64,000 bases of DNA from contig NMRA01000042.1 in NCBI GenBank assembly GCA_002633005.1, forward strand, positions 62,001 through 126,000, given 5' to 3'. A program made the position numbers and the translations under genes. This document shows, in pieces, positions 13,361 to 26,226 of this stretch. The notes beneath the pieces were generated by a model. The model was not told the DNA's origin. It saw nothing but the letters and a program-made list of their open reading frames with translations, and searched no databases. Each line of letters starts with the position of its first letter. The first letter of the stretch is position 1. This stretch comes from Phoronis australis (lineage: Eukaryota; Animalia; Phoronida).

Positions 13361-15925
13361 CTTTTTGAAAAACGAAGCGTCGCTCGCTGCAATCACTGCA
13401 GTGACTTAGCACCACGCAGTTGGTGTCATCTGTACGCGTGGACAGCCACCGTAGCGTCTAAGGCTGGCGACCAGCACAATTTCGCCATATGCATGTAGGT
13501 GCGTGAGTCGTCGACAACTCCATCAGTTCTCAGTCCACTGCAGATCAAGCAATGGGTTAATCATTTCCAATTGAGTACTAATTCAATTTTTGGTTGACCG
13601 AAAATACTTCTACGTGTATAACAGCAAAATAGTGTTCAATCTACATGCACGTATGTCCAAAATGATTCGCCGCACAAACATAGCTGGCGACATTGTGATC
13701 ACTCTGTCGTGCGCCTCGTCGTCATTTCAATGAACAATGTTTTTAATGACGTGCTCTCAGATTCTGTCAAGTCAGTTAAAATACCGCTTTAATATTAGAA
13801 AAACGCCTTGTTAAAAAATTAGAGAAACTCTTAGCCACAGACGGCAAAGGTTACGGTTTTCGTATCGATTTTTGGAAAATTCAAGTTCATGAAGTTTAAC
13901 TTGCTCGCCTCTGTACATCTACGTGTTATTTAGCCCGCTTGGTGAGCATATTGGCGTGTTTCACGTTAGACCAGCGAAAGGAGCCAAGGTAATTGCATGA
14001 TAAGCGAAAAAGATTTCACAGAAAATGGATATTTTTAATTAAAGTTGAGCGGTAGTAACTGCAACCAGCCGAGGTTTAGTGATGCACGCGCGCCAGTGTT
14101 TGTTGGATGCCCCCTGTCTACTCAAATAAATGAACCATAGTACAAAGAAAACTAAAAAAGATGGAGCTTTAAATAGAAACTTTATTCAATTTAACTGGAA
14201 ATCAACCCCCTCCGAGGTGGATGCCCGTGCCGTCGCATCCCCACCCCCTTTCTGCAAGCTACTGGTTGCAACAAACGCTCGATCGTCAATTGAAAATGTC
14301 GCGAAAAGCAAGTATCTATGAAATTGAACTTTAAGAATGCCGTATCAGTAAAACAAAATAAATATCGGATCACCGGTAAATAGATCTCAAACCCTATCTT
14401 AACCTTTGTTGGCCTAAATGGGTATGTCGAGGATTTACTTTTGGAGACAGAATTGGTTTTATGCTTTTTTAGAAATGGTGATAGAATAAATACCAGGTCC
14501 ATTTGTTAGGGTGAAGAGAAATGATGAATTAAACANTTTTAGCTTAAACGGTAAGGCTCACACTTAATATGTTTTGGTGAATTTATCCCCCGGTACCACA
14601 TGTACATGTACATGTAGCTAGTCATGTTCAATCATTCCCCGCCATTTTTATTTACATGCATCAAGACTTATGTTTGACATCAGCTTGTAACGAACTAGAC
14701 CGTTGTTTGTTTCTCTCTCTTTTTGAAAAACGAAGCGTCGTTAGCTGCAATCACTGCAGTGACTTAGCACTACGCAGTTGGTGTCATCTGTGCGTGTGGA
14801 CAGCCACCGCAGCGTCTAAGGCCGGCGACCAGCACAATTTCGCCCTGTGCATGTAGGTGCGTGAGTCGTCGACAACTCCATCAGTTCTCAGTCCACTGCA
14901 CATCAAGCAATGGGTTAATCATTTCCAATTGAGTACTAATTCAATTTTTGGTTGACCGAAAATACTTCTATAACAGCAAAATAGTGTTCAATCTACATGC
15001 ATGTATGTCCAAAATGACTCGTCGCACAAACATACATGTAGCTGGCGACAATGTGATCACTCTGTCGTGCGCCTTGTCGTCATTTCAATGAACAATGTTT
15101 TTAATGGCGTGCTCTCAGATTCTGGCAAGACAGTTAAAATACCGCTTTAATATTAGGAAAACGCCTTTGTAAAAAAATAGAGAAACTCTTAGCCACAGAC
15201 GGCAAAGGTTACGGTTTTCGTATCGATTTTTGGAAAATTCAAGTTCATGAAGTTTAACTTGCTCGCCTCTGTACATCTACAGGTGTACGTGTTATTTAGC
15301 CCGCTTGGTGAGCATATTGGCGTGTTTCACGTTAGACCAGCGAAAGGCGCCAAGGTAATTGTATGATAAGCGAAAACGATTTCACAGAAAATGTATATTT
15401 TTAATTAAAGTTGAGCGGTAGTAACTGCAACCAGCCGAGGTTTAGTGATGCACGCGCGCCAGTGTTTGTTGGATGCCCCCTGTCTACTCAAATATATGAA
15501 CCCTAGTACTAAGAAAATTAAAAAAGATGGAGCTTTAAATAGAACCTTTATTCAATTTAACTGGAAATCAACCCCCTCCGAGGTGGATGCCCGTGCCGTA
15601 GCATCCCCACCCCCTTTCTGCAAGCTACTGGTTGCAACAAACGCTCGATCGTCGATTGAAAATGTCGCGAAAAGCAAGATGTTCATTCACATTTATGTAA
15701 GTATCTATGAAACTGAACTTTACGAATGCCGTATCAGTAAGACAAAATAAATATCGGATCACCGGTAAATAGATCTCAAACCCTATCTTAACCTTTTGTT
15801 GGCCTAAATGGGTATGTCGAGGATTTACTTTTGGAGACAGAATTGGTTTTATGCTTTTTTAGAAATGGTGATAGAATAAATACCAGGTCCATTTGTTAGG
15901 GTGAAGAGAAATGATGAATTAAACA
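13361..15925. repeat. ~1.2-kb direct duplication (13361-14535 and 14719-15925) across a single N
   Basis: Near-identical copies with SNPs and small indels. The first copy ends exactly at the N at 14536, so it is probably uncollapsed haplotypes. Confidence 0.9.
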
Positions 15926-17047
15926 ATGTTGCTAGAGCGTGCATTATTAAGATGATCTATTCATTAAGTGTTGTAATAAATTTTCTATCTGACATGACTA
16001 AAATGATCTTCGGCCAAAATGTCGCAGGGAGACTGGTGCGCAGCTCTACACAGAGGGCCCTCGTGTGCGGCGTGTCACTTCCTTTCTTACTACGTAAGAC
16101 TACACTATCGTGCATTTTTGTGCTTGGACCCGGTAAAGTTTTCTTCACATGCGGTATTTTAGAAGAAAAAATATAATAAATGGCGACATCGGGCACCAAA
16201 ACAATGTCAGGCAATTATTGCTGTTTTTTGATAAGTGAGCTTCTTTTTCATCCGCTTCTCTTTCTTTTTCCGAACAACTTTTAAACAGCCTCATGAAATT
16301 TCGCCACTTTCCACAACGTTGTTTGGAAATTCCAACTGAGCCGACTTGTGGACGAGACGATCTCACCATCTGGTGACTGGTCACGCACTGGCTTTTTATC
16401 GTCTGTGGACAGGGCGCTGAACAACCGAACCTGCGCAACTGCAGTATTGACTATTTATATCACTGGAGGTTTGAATTTAGCATACGCAAGATCCTCGCAA
16501 AGGAAGCTAACATGATTACTTGCTTCGCGTGTAACACACAGCGATATTTTAAGAGGTCTCGCGTGATCTTGCGTTTTCTTGAGGTTCTCGCATCTACGCA
16601 ATGTTCACGCACGCCCAGACGGAGATTCATATAACGCCAGAACATAAAAAGGCACCCTAACCGGTCACGATTGGGCAACTCGACCGGTTTGCACACCGGT
16701 TCAGATCAAAGACACCATGCTGTTGTGGTTAATTAAATTACCTCAAGCTCCTGGTGTTATCGTTCTCTACATAATGAGACCATCATAAACACAATAGGTG
16801 CGACAAAGGTATTTCTAAATTTTCGTTTTGAAATTTTGTAAAGAGCATATTCGAATAGTTCGAGAAAAGCACACGTGGTTAGGATTTTGAAGTTTGAAAA
16901 GTGGACAAAGAGAGTGACTTTTACAACCTAAAACACTAATTAAACGTTGATATGTTCCTCATCAAATCTGCTGGGTGTGCAACGTAATTGGGTCAATTAC
17001 CAAACCACCAGACAGCAGTTGGATTTTGAGGTAAGCGATGTATCATC

Positions 17048-19565
17048 TAGTCCGGGAGCCAGGGGGTTGAACCTGGTTTTGCCGGATAAAGTTTTTTTCT
17101 TTGCTGTTTCATGTAGTCTAGGGTTAAGTAACCATGATTTAGGGGGGAGACCGTTCGCAACCTTTGAGCTTTTTTAAATATGCAAATTAAGGTCGCCATT
17201 ATGCAAAATTCTATTTTTGCATATGATTTCCTTATCAAGCACTGCAGCAAGATAATTTTGACGTTTTTACCCATGTTTCCAAGGTCAACGAATTTAATAT
17301 GACAAGTTTTTAGATGAACACATTGTCACTTTGCATAATGTATGCTAATTAAGGTCGCCACTATTCAAAATTCTTCTTGTGCTTATAGCTACTGTACCCG
17401 GCACCACAGATAAACTATCATGCTATTTGCACCTATATTCTTTTATTCAATTTGTTTAATGAAAACGGCTTGCATATTGTTGTATGATAAATTTACATAA
17501 TTACTGAAAATTAGCATAATTAATGCAAATTAAGGGCGCTATTATCCAAAATCCTATTTGTGCTTATAGTTGCGGTACCAAAGACAACAGGTAAACTCTC
17601 ATGATATTTGAATCTATGTTCCTATGGTCAATTACTAGGTTAATGAAACGAGTTTGCAAGTTGCATGATAATTTAACAAAATTTATGAAAATATAAGCGG
17701 CCATTATTAAAAAATTCTATTTCAGCTCGTAACTTTCTTACGGGGTGGCACTACAGGTAGATTATTTTGGTATTTTTGCAGATAAATTTTATGTAATATG
17801 TCATTACATCATAAATAATCTGTAATTTATTACACAACATGACAAATTCTAGTTTTGTCTGATACCCAGGGTATACATGTATTTAGATGACCAAATTGTT
17901 TAATTGCATAAACCCAGGACATAACCTATCTAATGGACACCAGTCACAAGACGTTTTAGATGCTAATTCAACACTTGGAATGTGAGCACACTAAAGTGTA
18001 GCGTGCCCAAAATATTGTGCGGGGTAGAAAATTGACACTGCAATTGCATCTACCTTAATTAATTTCGAGGAATCTGACCGTTGTTGCACACCTAATCATC
18101 ACCAGTATGCAATAGGAGTGAGTTGGACACCATGCGGAATTATAGGTGGTGAGAGTGATTTGTTTATGGCATCTTTCTTCCGTCCATAGTCCTCTGGATC
18201 TAGTGCTGGTGACATTCCACCAATGGCTGACTGGTAATGGGCTCTGTTTACGTTTACATTCTCTGTGAATAGCTCTGTTGTCGGTGACAGTTTGAGGGCG
18301 GCCATATATTTCTTGCCATTTCTTTTCCCCATACCAGTAGCCTGGATCCTGGCATCTTCCTGATTCTCTTCATCCCATAACAGGCACACATATATTTAGT
18401 TGCTTGTTTCATGACATCAGAAAAATGTGCATTAAAAGTGCCGATGGCAGACAGGTCATGTCCAGCCTTCAATATTTTAACGATGAATCCCTTTCCAACT
18501 CCATACACTGTAGTAGCATGCCACCGTGTTACACCCCTACAGCGCGTGGGCAGGTAGGAGACCTTCACAATATTGTTACATGTTCCCAGGGTTAACTTTA
18601 TGTGTACTGTATGTCTACGACTGTTCGACTCTTACTAGGTGATTTCATGATTGTGGTATTTGAAGCTGTTCCTTGCAGGCGAAGGACAAATACATTTTTT
18701 TCATCTGAAACAACCTAAAATTTGTTACGTTCATATGCCCATTTCACGTCCTGTTTCACAATAATGGTACTAGCTTCTTAGTGGAATGTCTCCAATGTCC
18801 TTGTACTGTATTAAGGGACAAGGATCTTCATCAGTGATTACCTACTTGTGTTCCTAACATACTGCTAGCCTTTCTCGAAGTCTGATAACATTGCCTGTCC
18901 AATGCTTGTTTCATGTAGGCCACTACATTAACTGTTGGAGTAGCAATCCTGTCACTGCTAATGTTCACTACTGCGTCTTTGGGATCCAATAGATCGATGC
19001 TGGTATCTACTTTTAACAGATTCGTGCAATATCCTGGGCATGCGCATCAAGACGTGACTTACTTTCTTCCGTGTGACATGTTTTATTACATGATCTAATG
19101 CTGAGTGCTCTCCATCCCTCCAAGCTCTGTTTCAATCTTTTAGGACAAATGGCAACTCGTGCCCAAAACTTAAGAGTCTCTTCTTTAAGGGCAATTCGCT
19201 ACTATTCCCTCACTACTGTTTTCGTACCTCATGAATGCCATCCCTATAAACTGATCGCTCCGAACCCCATTGCAGCATTCACCCGAGTCATTAAACTAAT
19301 CTGCGTTTCTTCTATGGTCTGTGAGAGCGCAGGTCAATAGGCAATATCAAAATTATTTAGCTGCAGTGCTTGGCAAGGAAATTATAAGCAAAAATAGAAT
19401 TTTGTATAAAATCGACCTTAATTTGCATATTTTAAAAAAATGCTCAAGGGTTCCGAAAAACCACCTCTCTAAATCATGATTAACTATGCCTAGACTACAT
19501 GAAACAGCAAAGAAAAAATTTTATCCTACAAATCCAGTAAAAAATAGCATTTGGCTCCCGGACTA
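17048..19565 (-). mobile_element. Academ (AcademX-type) DNA transposon, internally deleted and decayed
   Basis: Imperfect TIRs of about 215 bp starting TAGTCCGGGAGCC and ending GGCTCCCGGACTA, with a 3-bp TSD ATC on both sides (17045-47, 19566-68). Minus-strand remnants of the XPG-like nuclease C-terminus (GCNTVACY..YGVGKGFIVKILK; LSPTTELFTENV..RAHYQ; LDPEDYG) lie at about 18100-18570. Confidence 0.85.
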
Positions 19566-19634
19566 ATCGTATAACTCTTGGCATTGATCTCACGAAGGTT
19601 ATGCGATCACGTACTTTACGTGTGATTCCCTTGA

Positions 19635-21290
19635 AGGAGAATGCCACCCGAAAATCAACCTATTTTGCATCAGTTTAGATCGAGTGGTCCCACTCGATAA
19701 CAGCAAGTTCAGTTGTTTTACCTGACACCTAACGGCACACTGAGGTGTTGAAATTAACCAATGACGTAATCGGTTCGAACGCAGGCTGTTCAGCCGTTCA
19801 CAACACGCTTACTGTTGTCAACTTATCGTTTGAATTCATCGTTTTACACCAATAAATTATCAAAATTCGATGTAACCCCCTTACAAATACATCGAGTTCT
19901 TGAGCAAACATGTTGTTTTATTTCACTGTTACAGATTTATAGGTATTTGAATTTCAAACGCACCGAAGCCTACAGAGTTCGCCGGGGCAGGCCAATTTTC
20001 CATGGTCGATTGCGGTAGTTTTTGTCTGTTTGGTGATAAATTCGAATCATTCTTCCGTGAAATACTGACGGGGGAACATAGCTGTGTGTTGGACTTTTAT
20101 TCTTACGATTTTTTCAGTTCTAAACACACAAAACGCTTGTTACTCCCCGCCAGCGAGTGGCTCGGAACCCGATCTGAGGCCCGTCGCCGCCAGGACTGGA
20201 CATCACGAACATAAACCAACTTAAGTTGGAAACTAAACCTCCAGTCACGAAAAGACTATAATAGTGAGCCAAATAAATAATGTGCACACGTAATATTATT
20301 TAGGTGAATTAGCCACGAAACTGAAAATCTACATGTACTTACTTGTCGCGGGCCGCGAAGTCAGGTTCCCCTTCCACAGAACCGTCAGGGCCGGCAACGG
20401 TCGTACAGTAACAATGATTTGAATAATGTATTTGTATATCTAAATAAAGATTCCCCTAACATGTGACCATAGCATATAAAATCGAGTTATTGTTTCACAA
20501 GCTTTCTGTCGGCAAACACTGAATTAGCATGCGCTCACATGGCCTCGGTGCCCGGTCAATTACTTTTAAGTGCATCTAAAGCCGGTAACGCAGTGGTTTA
20601 TTCATTGCTGGCTTCTCAAAATATTTGCACTTACAAATACTCCAAAGACATTACAAATTGTATCTAATGACACGGACTTTGTTTCAGTCTATATAAGCAT
20701 TGGTTAGGAAGAGAATAATTCATTTTGAAACAGAACGCAGAATAATAAACGTCTACATGCTACTCGCCCGGCGCCAATCCCGACTTAGTCGGGAGCTGAT
20801 CCGACGAAGACTTCATGGGTCGGGTCGTTAGGTTTCACTGACTATCAGTTCAAACCGGAATACATTGATCACAAAATACTGGAGATACAGTGCACCGTGA
20901 ACATGCACAGACAACTGAACGTATGGATAATTCTTTGGTAAGCCGGAATTTGTCAGCGAAATCACTGTCGACGAAATGCCGGCCACAGACATTGATGTTT
21001 CACGACCTCTATACTTGCTGTTAACAGCGTACTTTTCATTCGTCACTACCGCGAAAAAACGATAGACCCGCTTTTTTCGCAGCTTCATAGTTCGGACAAG
21101 CTTGAAGGATGCGTCGCAATATAAGGGCATTCAGTCTGCAGATTAACTACTGACGTTTTGCGTCGGTTCTCACCTTCGTCACAAGTTAACGTAACACCTC
21201 TCGGCAGGGTGAGTTCGACCGTTTATAAGCGATGTGGATATATACCGATTAAGACCATAAAAAACTAATTAAATCGGGTGGCATTCTCCT
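19635..21290 (-). mobile_element. Kolobok-type non-autonomous element with THAP remnant
   Basis: 17-bp TIR aggagaatgccacccga with flanks TTGA/TTAA. A frameshifted THAP (MPLYCDA...YRFF...; INVCGRHFVDSDF) lies on the minus strand at about 20930-21130. Confidence 0.75.
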
Positions 21291-23478
21291 TTAATGTAAC
21301 CACAGAGTCTATTCGTCTTCTCTTCAAATTACCTAAATTCAAGGACAGAATCTACTTTCTTTTTCACCAGAAATGACAAGGCTCAACGCTGAACCCCATT
21401 TCAAGTATACATGTATCATCACTTTCTTTTTACATTGTTTCAGTTTCAAAAACTTTTATAGTTTTTAAAAGGGGAATCAGCACTAACCCTCTTACAATAT
21501 TTCATGCTGCTGTTATGCTCTAGGACACTACTGAGCACTCACGAAACTTCCTACAGCAAGTTTTCTCAACTAGGAATTTGCTCAGATGTCAAATTGGGCC
21601 ACACCTTGACGCTGTCGAATTCCTCGGGCCATCATAGCTGATCTGTTACATGTGTTATCGTCATCACAAAAGCTTAAACGGGCAAAAGTATCACGTTCTT
21701 CTGTAAGACCACATGAAGACACTACGTCATTAGTCGCTCCAGTAGACTATTGCTCTGAACACTACCACAACTCACCACATGCACTAGTGGCATGTACGCG
21801 TAAGTCGACCACAGCATGACTCTCACATCTCGTTTTGCACCAAGAAACGAGCAACCGGGAACGTTTCCAACGTCTAACTCGTAAATCGGCATATCCAGGC
21901 ACCTAGCCACACCATTATTGATTCGACAGGCTCAGCTATATATCCCATGTGATGGGTTACATTCTACAGACCGCAAGACATTAGGTTGCATTTGCAGCTG
22001 GAAAACTGTACTCACGGCGCAGACACATTGAAGTCCGTCTCACAATCTTACTCTCTAACATCGCCGATCAATCACTTCAGTGGCAGCTGCCCCAGATTGA
22101 CGCTAGGACCCGGTTGTAAATGTGCAACAAAACCCCGTTTTAAGAAAAAAGGTAACCCCAAACTTCCGCACCTATTGATGGAGGGTGTCTGAGGCCTGAT
22201 GTGGGTGGGTTCTTTGATCTTTCTAGGAATGCACCTAATGTACACTCACAATTTAAAACGCTGACAGACTCCGAATCAGTAATATGACCCTGTTCTTGAA
22301 ATATCCGATAAAGCATCCACAACCGTCGTCACAGTCCCTCTATTAACGAGGACAGAGGGTTGGAATTTCCTTGTCCACTACCGGGTCCTTGTTGCATACG
22401 AACCCTCTAGCATAAATTTGCATAATCTAGATCATTCTGTTGAAGCCAGTTGTCCATGACAAGCGAAACTCTCCATGGTGAGCAAATGTGCCTGCTTGTG
22501 TTAGATGTAAAGAATCCAAACCGAGTCTCATGTTTATGACATGGGGAAAATCTCGTGTAAATTTCGTCAAAATCCCTAGGCTTGCCCTTTCAATATCAAA
22601 AAATACGTACTCGGTGTGTACAGTCGTGTCGTACCACATTCCAGGTGAGAAAACTTTTTCCATGGATACCTACCAGACTGATGGACATTTTTGGATTACT
22701 GGAAAATAATTCATACTTTGCCTACATCAAGGACTATCGTCACATATTTCACATGACAGTTACCCAGATATAATGCCTCTTGGCGCTTTCTGGGTTATGT
22801 ATATTCAATGTATAGAAGATTTCGTAATAAACATTCCAAAAAACGGTTATTGTAATGATCGAGCGACATCTATAGACTAAACATTACAACGAAAATTACA
22901 TTTTCACATTACTACAAGTGACAACAAAAGTGAATCCCTCGTTGCCCCACCCTTGGATGATTTCACATCTTACATAAATATTTTAGACCTTTACACCAAT
23001 GCTGTTATTTTTTGTTGGCTTTTTGTGCTTATACATAATTGATTAAAAGCACGGCACTTTTTATTGTTGACAGTCTTTATTCCGTTACGTTCATACCTTC
23101 GGAACAAAACTCTACTCTCAACTGAACACAGATAAAGTAACTGACCTAGTGACATAATTAAAAGGCACACGATATTTCGAAATATACCTGTTTCATTCTC
23201 AAATGAAGATAAAATGACACAGAAATGCCACCACAGAGCATAAGCTAATGACACACACAGTGGGACANNNNNNNNNNNNNNNNNNNNNNNNNNNNNNNNN
23301 NNNNNNNNNNNNNNNNNNNNNNNNNNNNNNNNNNNNNNNNNNNNNNNNNNNNNNNNNNNNNNNNNNNNNNNNNNNNNNNNNNNNNNNNNNNNNNNNNNNN
23401 NNNNNNNNNNNNNNNNNNNNNNNNNNNNNNNNNNNNNNNNNNNNNNNNNNNNNNNNNNNNNNNNNNNNNNNNNNNNNN

Positions 23479-23875
23479 GGGTAACAAGAAAGTCACGCAA
23501 ACAAGTGTAACGTGCGGCGCGACCGAATTGACGTGTTTTCCACAATTTCTTGACGGGTGATTTTACGTTCGTGACATTGCAGACAATGATCTTGGATGGC
23601 GCCATTTTGAAGATGCATAGATAACCGACGGGAAAGACTGCAAACCGTTTGACCAATGTAACATTGTTTGACGTTTGAACGAAGACATTCGTTCATAGGG
23701 CATACAAACTCGTAACACCACACTGTGCAACGCGGGGGCGGTCTTTCTCTTTAGAAATGTTATTTTTCATGGAGGACTTTCTATTCCGATAATAATTAAT
23801 GTCATCGAGGTAATCATCAGGCTTACATACTTTATCCCTAATAATAGTGGCCTGTTCGTCCTGGAGCTAACTATT
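23479..23875 (-). mobile_element. Penelope-like retroelement fragment (GIY-YIG endonuclease)
   Basis: YEFVCPMNEC...CYIGQTVCSLSRRLSMHLQNGAIQDHCLQCHERKITRQEIVENT fits the PLE GIY-YIG domain. An upstream MKNN linker remnant is present, and the fragment abuts a gap. Confidence 0.8.
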
Positions 23876-24046
23876 AGACATTTTTGTAAAATATAGTTTT
23901 GGTCACACCGGTCCGACGTGCAGGGACTTCATAGCTAATTCTGGAGACGAATCGCTTAACAAAAGCATTGGTGTACCCATTTTTGTGCTTACATGTATGA
24001 AAATTATAGTACTGTCGTTGCAAAGTAATAAAATCCTGAAGCAATT

Positions 24047-24208
24047 CAGGGGCGGAATTAGAGGGGTCCAAGGGGGCCATGGCCACCCCTAAAATTCTCC
24101 AAGAGTCCATTGGGCAGTTCGGGAGTGCCAATGCCTGACAGGCAAAATCCTGGCTAATACTCTGCCCTGGCAACCCCCCCCCCCCCNAAAATCCTGGATC
24201 CGCCCATG
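24047..24208. mobile_element. GC-rich MITE (CAGGGGCGG...CCGCCCATG) with 5-bp TSD CAATT
   Basis: Inverted termini, with CAATT at 24042-46 and 24209-13. Confidence 0.7.
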
Positions 24209-24702
24209 CAATTGACACGTGACACAACAAACTTCAAATCGATGATCTATCTTGACTTCCACTTCTGTATGTTCACAGGTCATCATTGATCCTTAGATAT
24301 GAATGCTGAATGACAAGGAGTCACGAGCTAGTGTCTCACCATGTGTGCCACAAGTACTGCCATTCTTCTTTAGTCATAATGAGGAGATTTACTGCCATCT
24401 ATTTATTCATACGGTTTAAATAAACTAGAGACTGCGACTATCGAAACTTTACTCACACCCTTAACTTAGTTAGAAACTGTTACACCAAGTTTTACACACT
24501 CGACTAATACTCGAGAAATCACGACCTTCAAACTTTACTCAATTTCGTTGAAGACGGACGCAGACTTGAGAACTACAGTTGTGCATTCTAGAGTTGCATG
24601 GTAAATCTGTGGAACTACAGATTACAAAAACAATCAACAAGTCATTTTGAAAGTCAGCGCCATCTACGGTCCAGTACACGAAATTGAGATTTTCCAGCTT
24701 AA

Positions 24703-25363
24703 GGTGGCACTGAATAGTTAGGCTGTGGCCGCGGCCAATTTGCACTCCCAAAATGTTAAAATCTAGGGCTAGGCCAGGCTTGGGGGCATTTTTCAATTAG
24801 GTATTGTGGATAGGCCAAGTGAATGTTTTTTTGTTGTATTTGTGAACATGCAGGGAATGAAAAAAGGCCAGTTTCTCGGCTGTAGCTGCACTCTTCTTCA
24901 AGATGGTGGCCCCCTGTTGCAGTTGTGCATTGCTGTGTAGCAATTGAGAAATTGGCCGCGATTTCAGGTAGCCCTCAAACAAGCCTGATTTGCAAAAAAA
25001 CTAGTTGGTTGACAGTACTTTTGGACCACATTTTTGGAATTGGTAGGAAATTTGCTTTCGGAATCTAATGTTGGCTTTAGTCGAGCATCGGCAGGAAAGT
25101 GGTGATTTTGGGGTGAAAAGTGCCGATTTTGCATTTTTTTGCCCTCATTTTTCTTAGTTCGGCTTGGTTTCCACTGGGAGTGAATGGGTCAAAAATACAA
25201 GAGAGAATAAAGTTTCTGTGCTTATCTGTAGGGCTTGTGATGTGAAATGACTCAAAACATTTCCTTATTTGCATGTACTTTTGGACAAAGTGAAGAAAGG
25301 GTGAAGAGTGCATTGACGTGTGTTCTGACAGGCAAACCCCTGTGAGAACTGTTCTGTGCCCCC
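24703..25363. mobile_element. Kolobok/TTAA-type MITE (~660 bp), copy 1
   Basis: TIR ggtggcactgaatagtt / aactgttctgtgccccc, flanked by TTAA on both sides. A near-identical inverted copy is at 60754-61418. Confidence 0.85.
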
Positions 25364-26226
25364 TTAAAGTACATGTATGTGTGGAAAAGATTATTTCCGT
25401 ACGCGGATTGTTTTTTGGATTAAAAATGCAGTGTATCTAGACTTCTTTGTAAATCAAATATCATTTATTCATACCGATTGCAATTTTAGTAAATATGCTC
25501 GCAAATTACAACTGTAAATCAGGGTTCAAGTAGCAGTCGTGTATTTTTTAGTAAGTTTGCCAAATTTGTTCGAGATTTTATAAAAGAATTATGGGAGGTT
25601 ATTCATTCTTGAGTACAACTCGGGAATGTGAGAACTACACGTACTTAGATTTTGAGTACTTTTGGTTGACTCCGTTATCGTGAGATCAAAACATGAACTA
25701 TTATTTAGCCAGGGTAGTTTTTAACCTTACGTAATGAAATGGATTACGTAGAGTTAAGCGGACTCGGGGTTTGAAAATGAAACAAACATATGAGTATGTG
25801 ACGTGTTGCATTAGTAGCTTCACGCATAAACCATATGTTGCGAGTTAACTTGTCGTCATTGTCATGGAGAAGTTATGGTAACTGTTGAGATGGCTAAATT
25901 TTGATGAACTACGTTTTTCAAAAGAGAAATGTGGCATGGTGGTACGTGCACATGCCGATAGTATAAATTATCGCTGTGCGTTTGTAATTGTCAGTATTTG
26001 CAGTTTAAATTAATATGCACGCGTAACGACTATCCATCAATCACCAATTGTAATAAAATCTTTATTGTAGGTACGTCAAGTAAGACGTAGGCTTGATCTA
26101 AAATGTGCGTGAGCCAATTACTGCTAACGATCTGAGATCAGGCGAACTGAAAACAGACGGAGGCAGAGACGGAAGCAGATCCCCAGCTTCAACTCCAGGA
26201 GTGATTTGTACAAAACTGGCTACGAA

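Noticed and set aside
21700-22800. Coding-like minus-strand stretch
   Set aside because: No recognisable motif or consistent frame; probably an old decayed element.
22991-23656. ORFs spanning N gaps (also 38402-38725, 59288-59479)
   Set aside because: Artefacts of translating through Ns.
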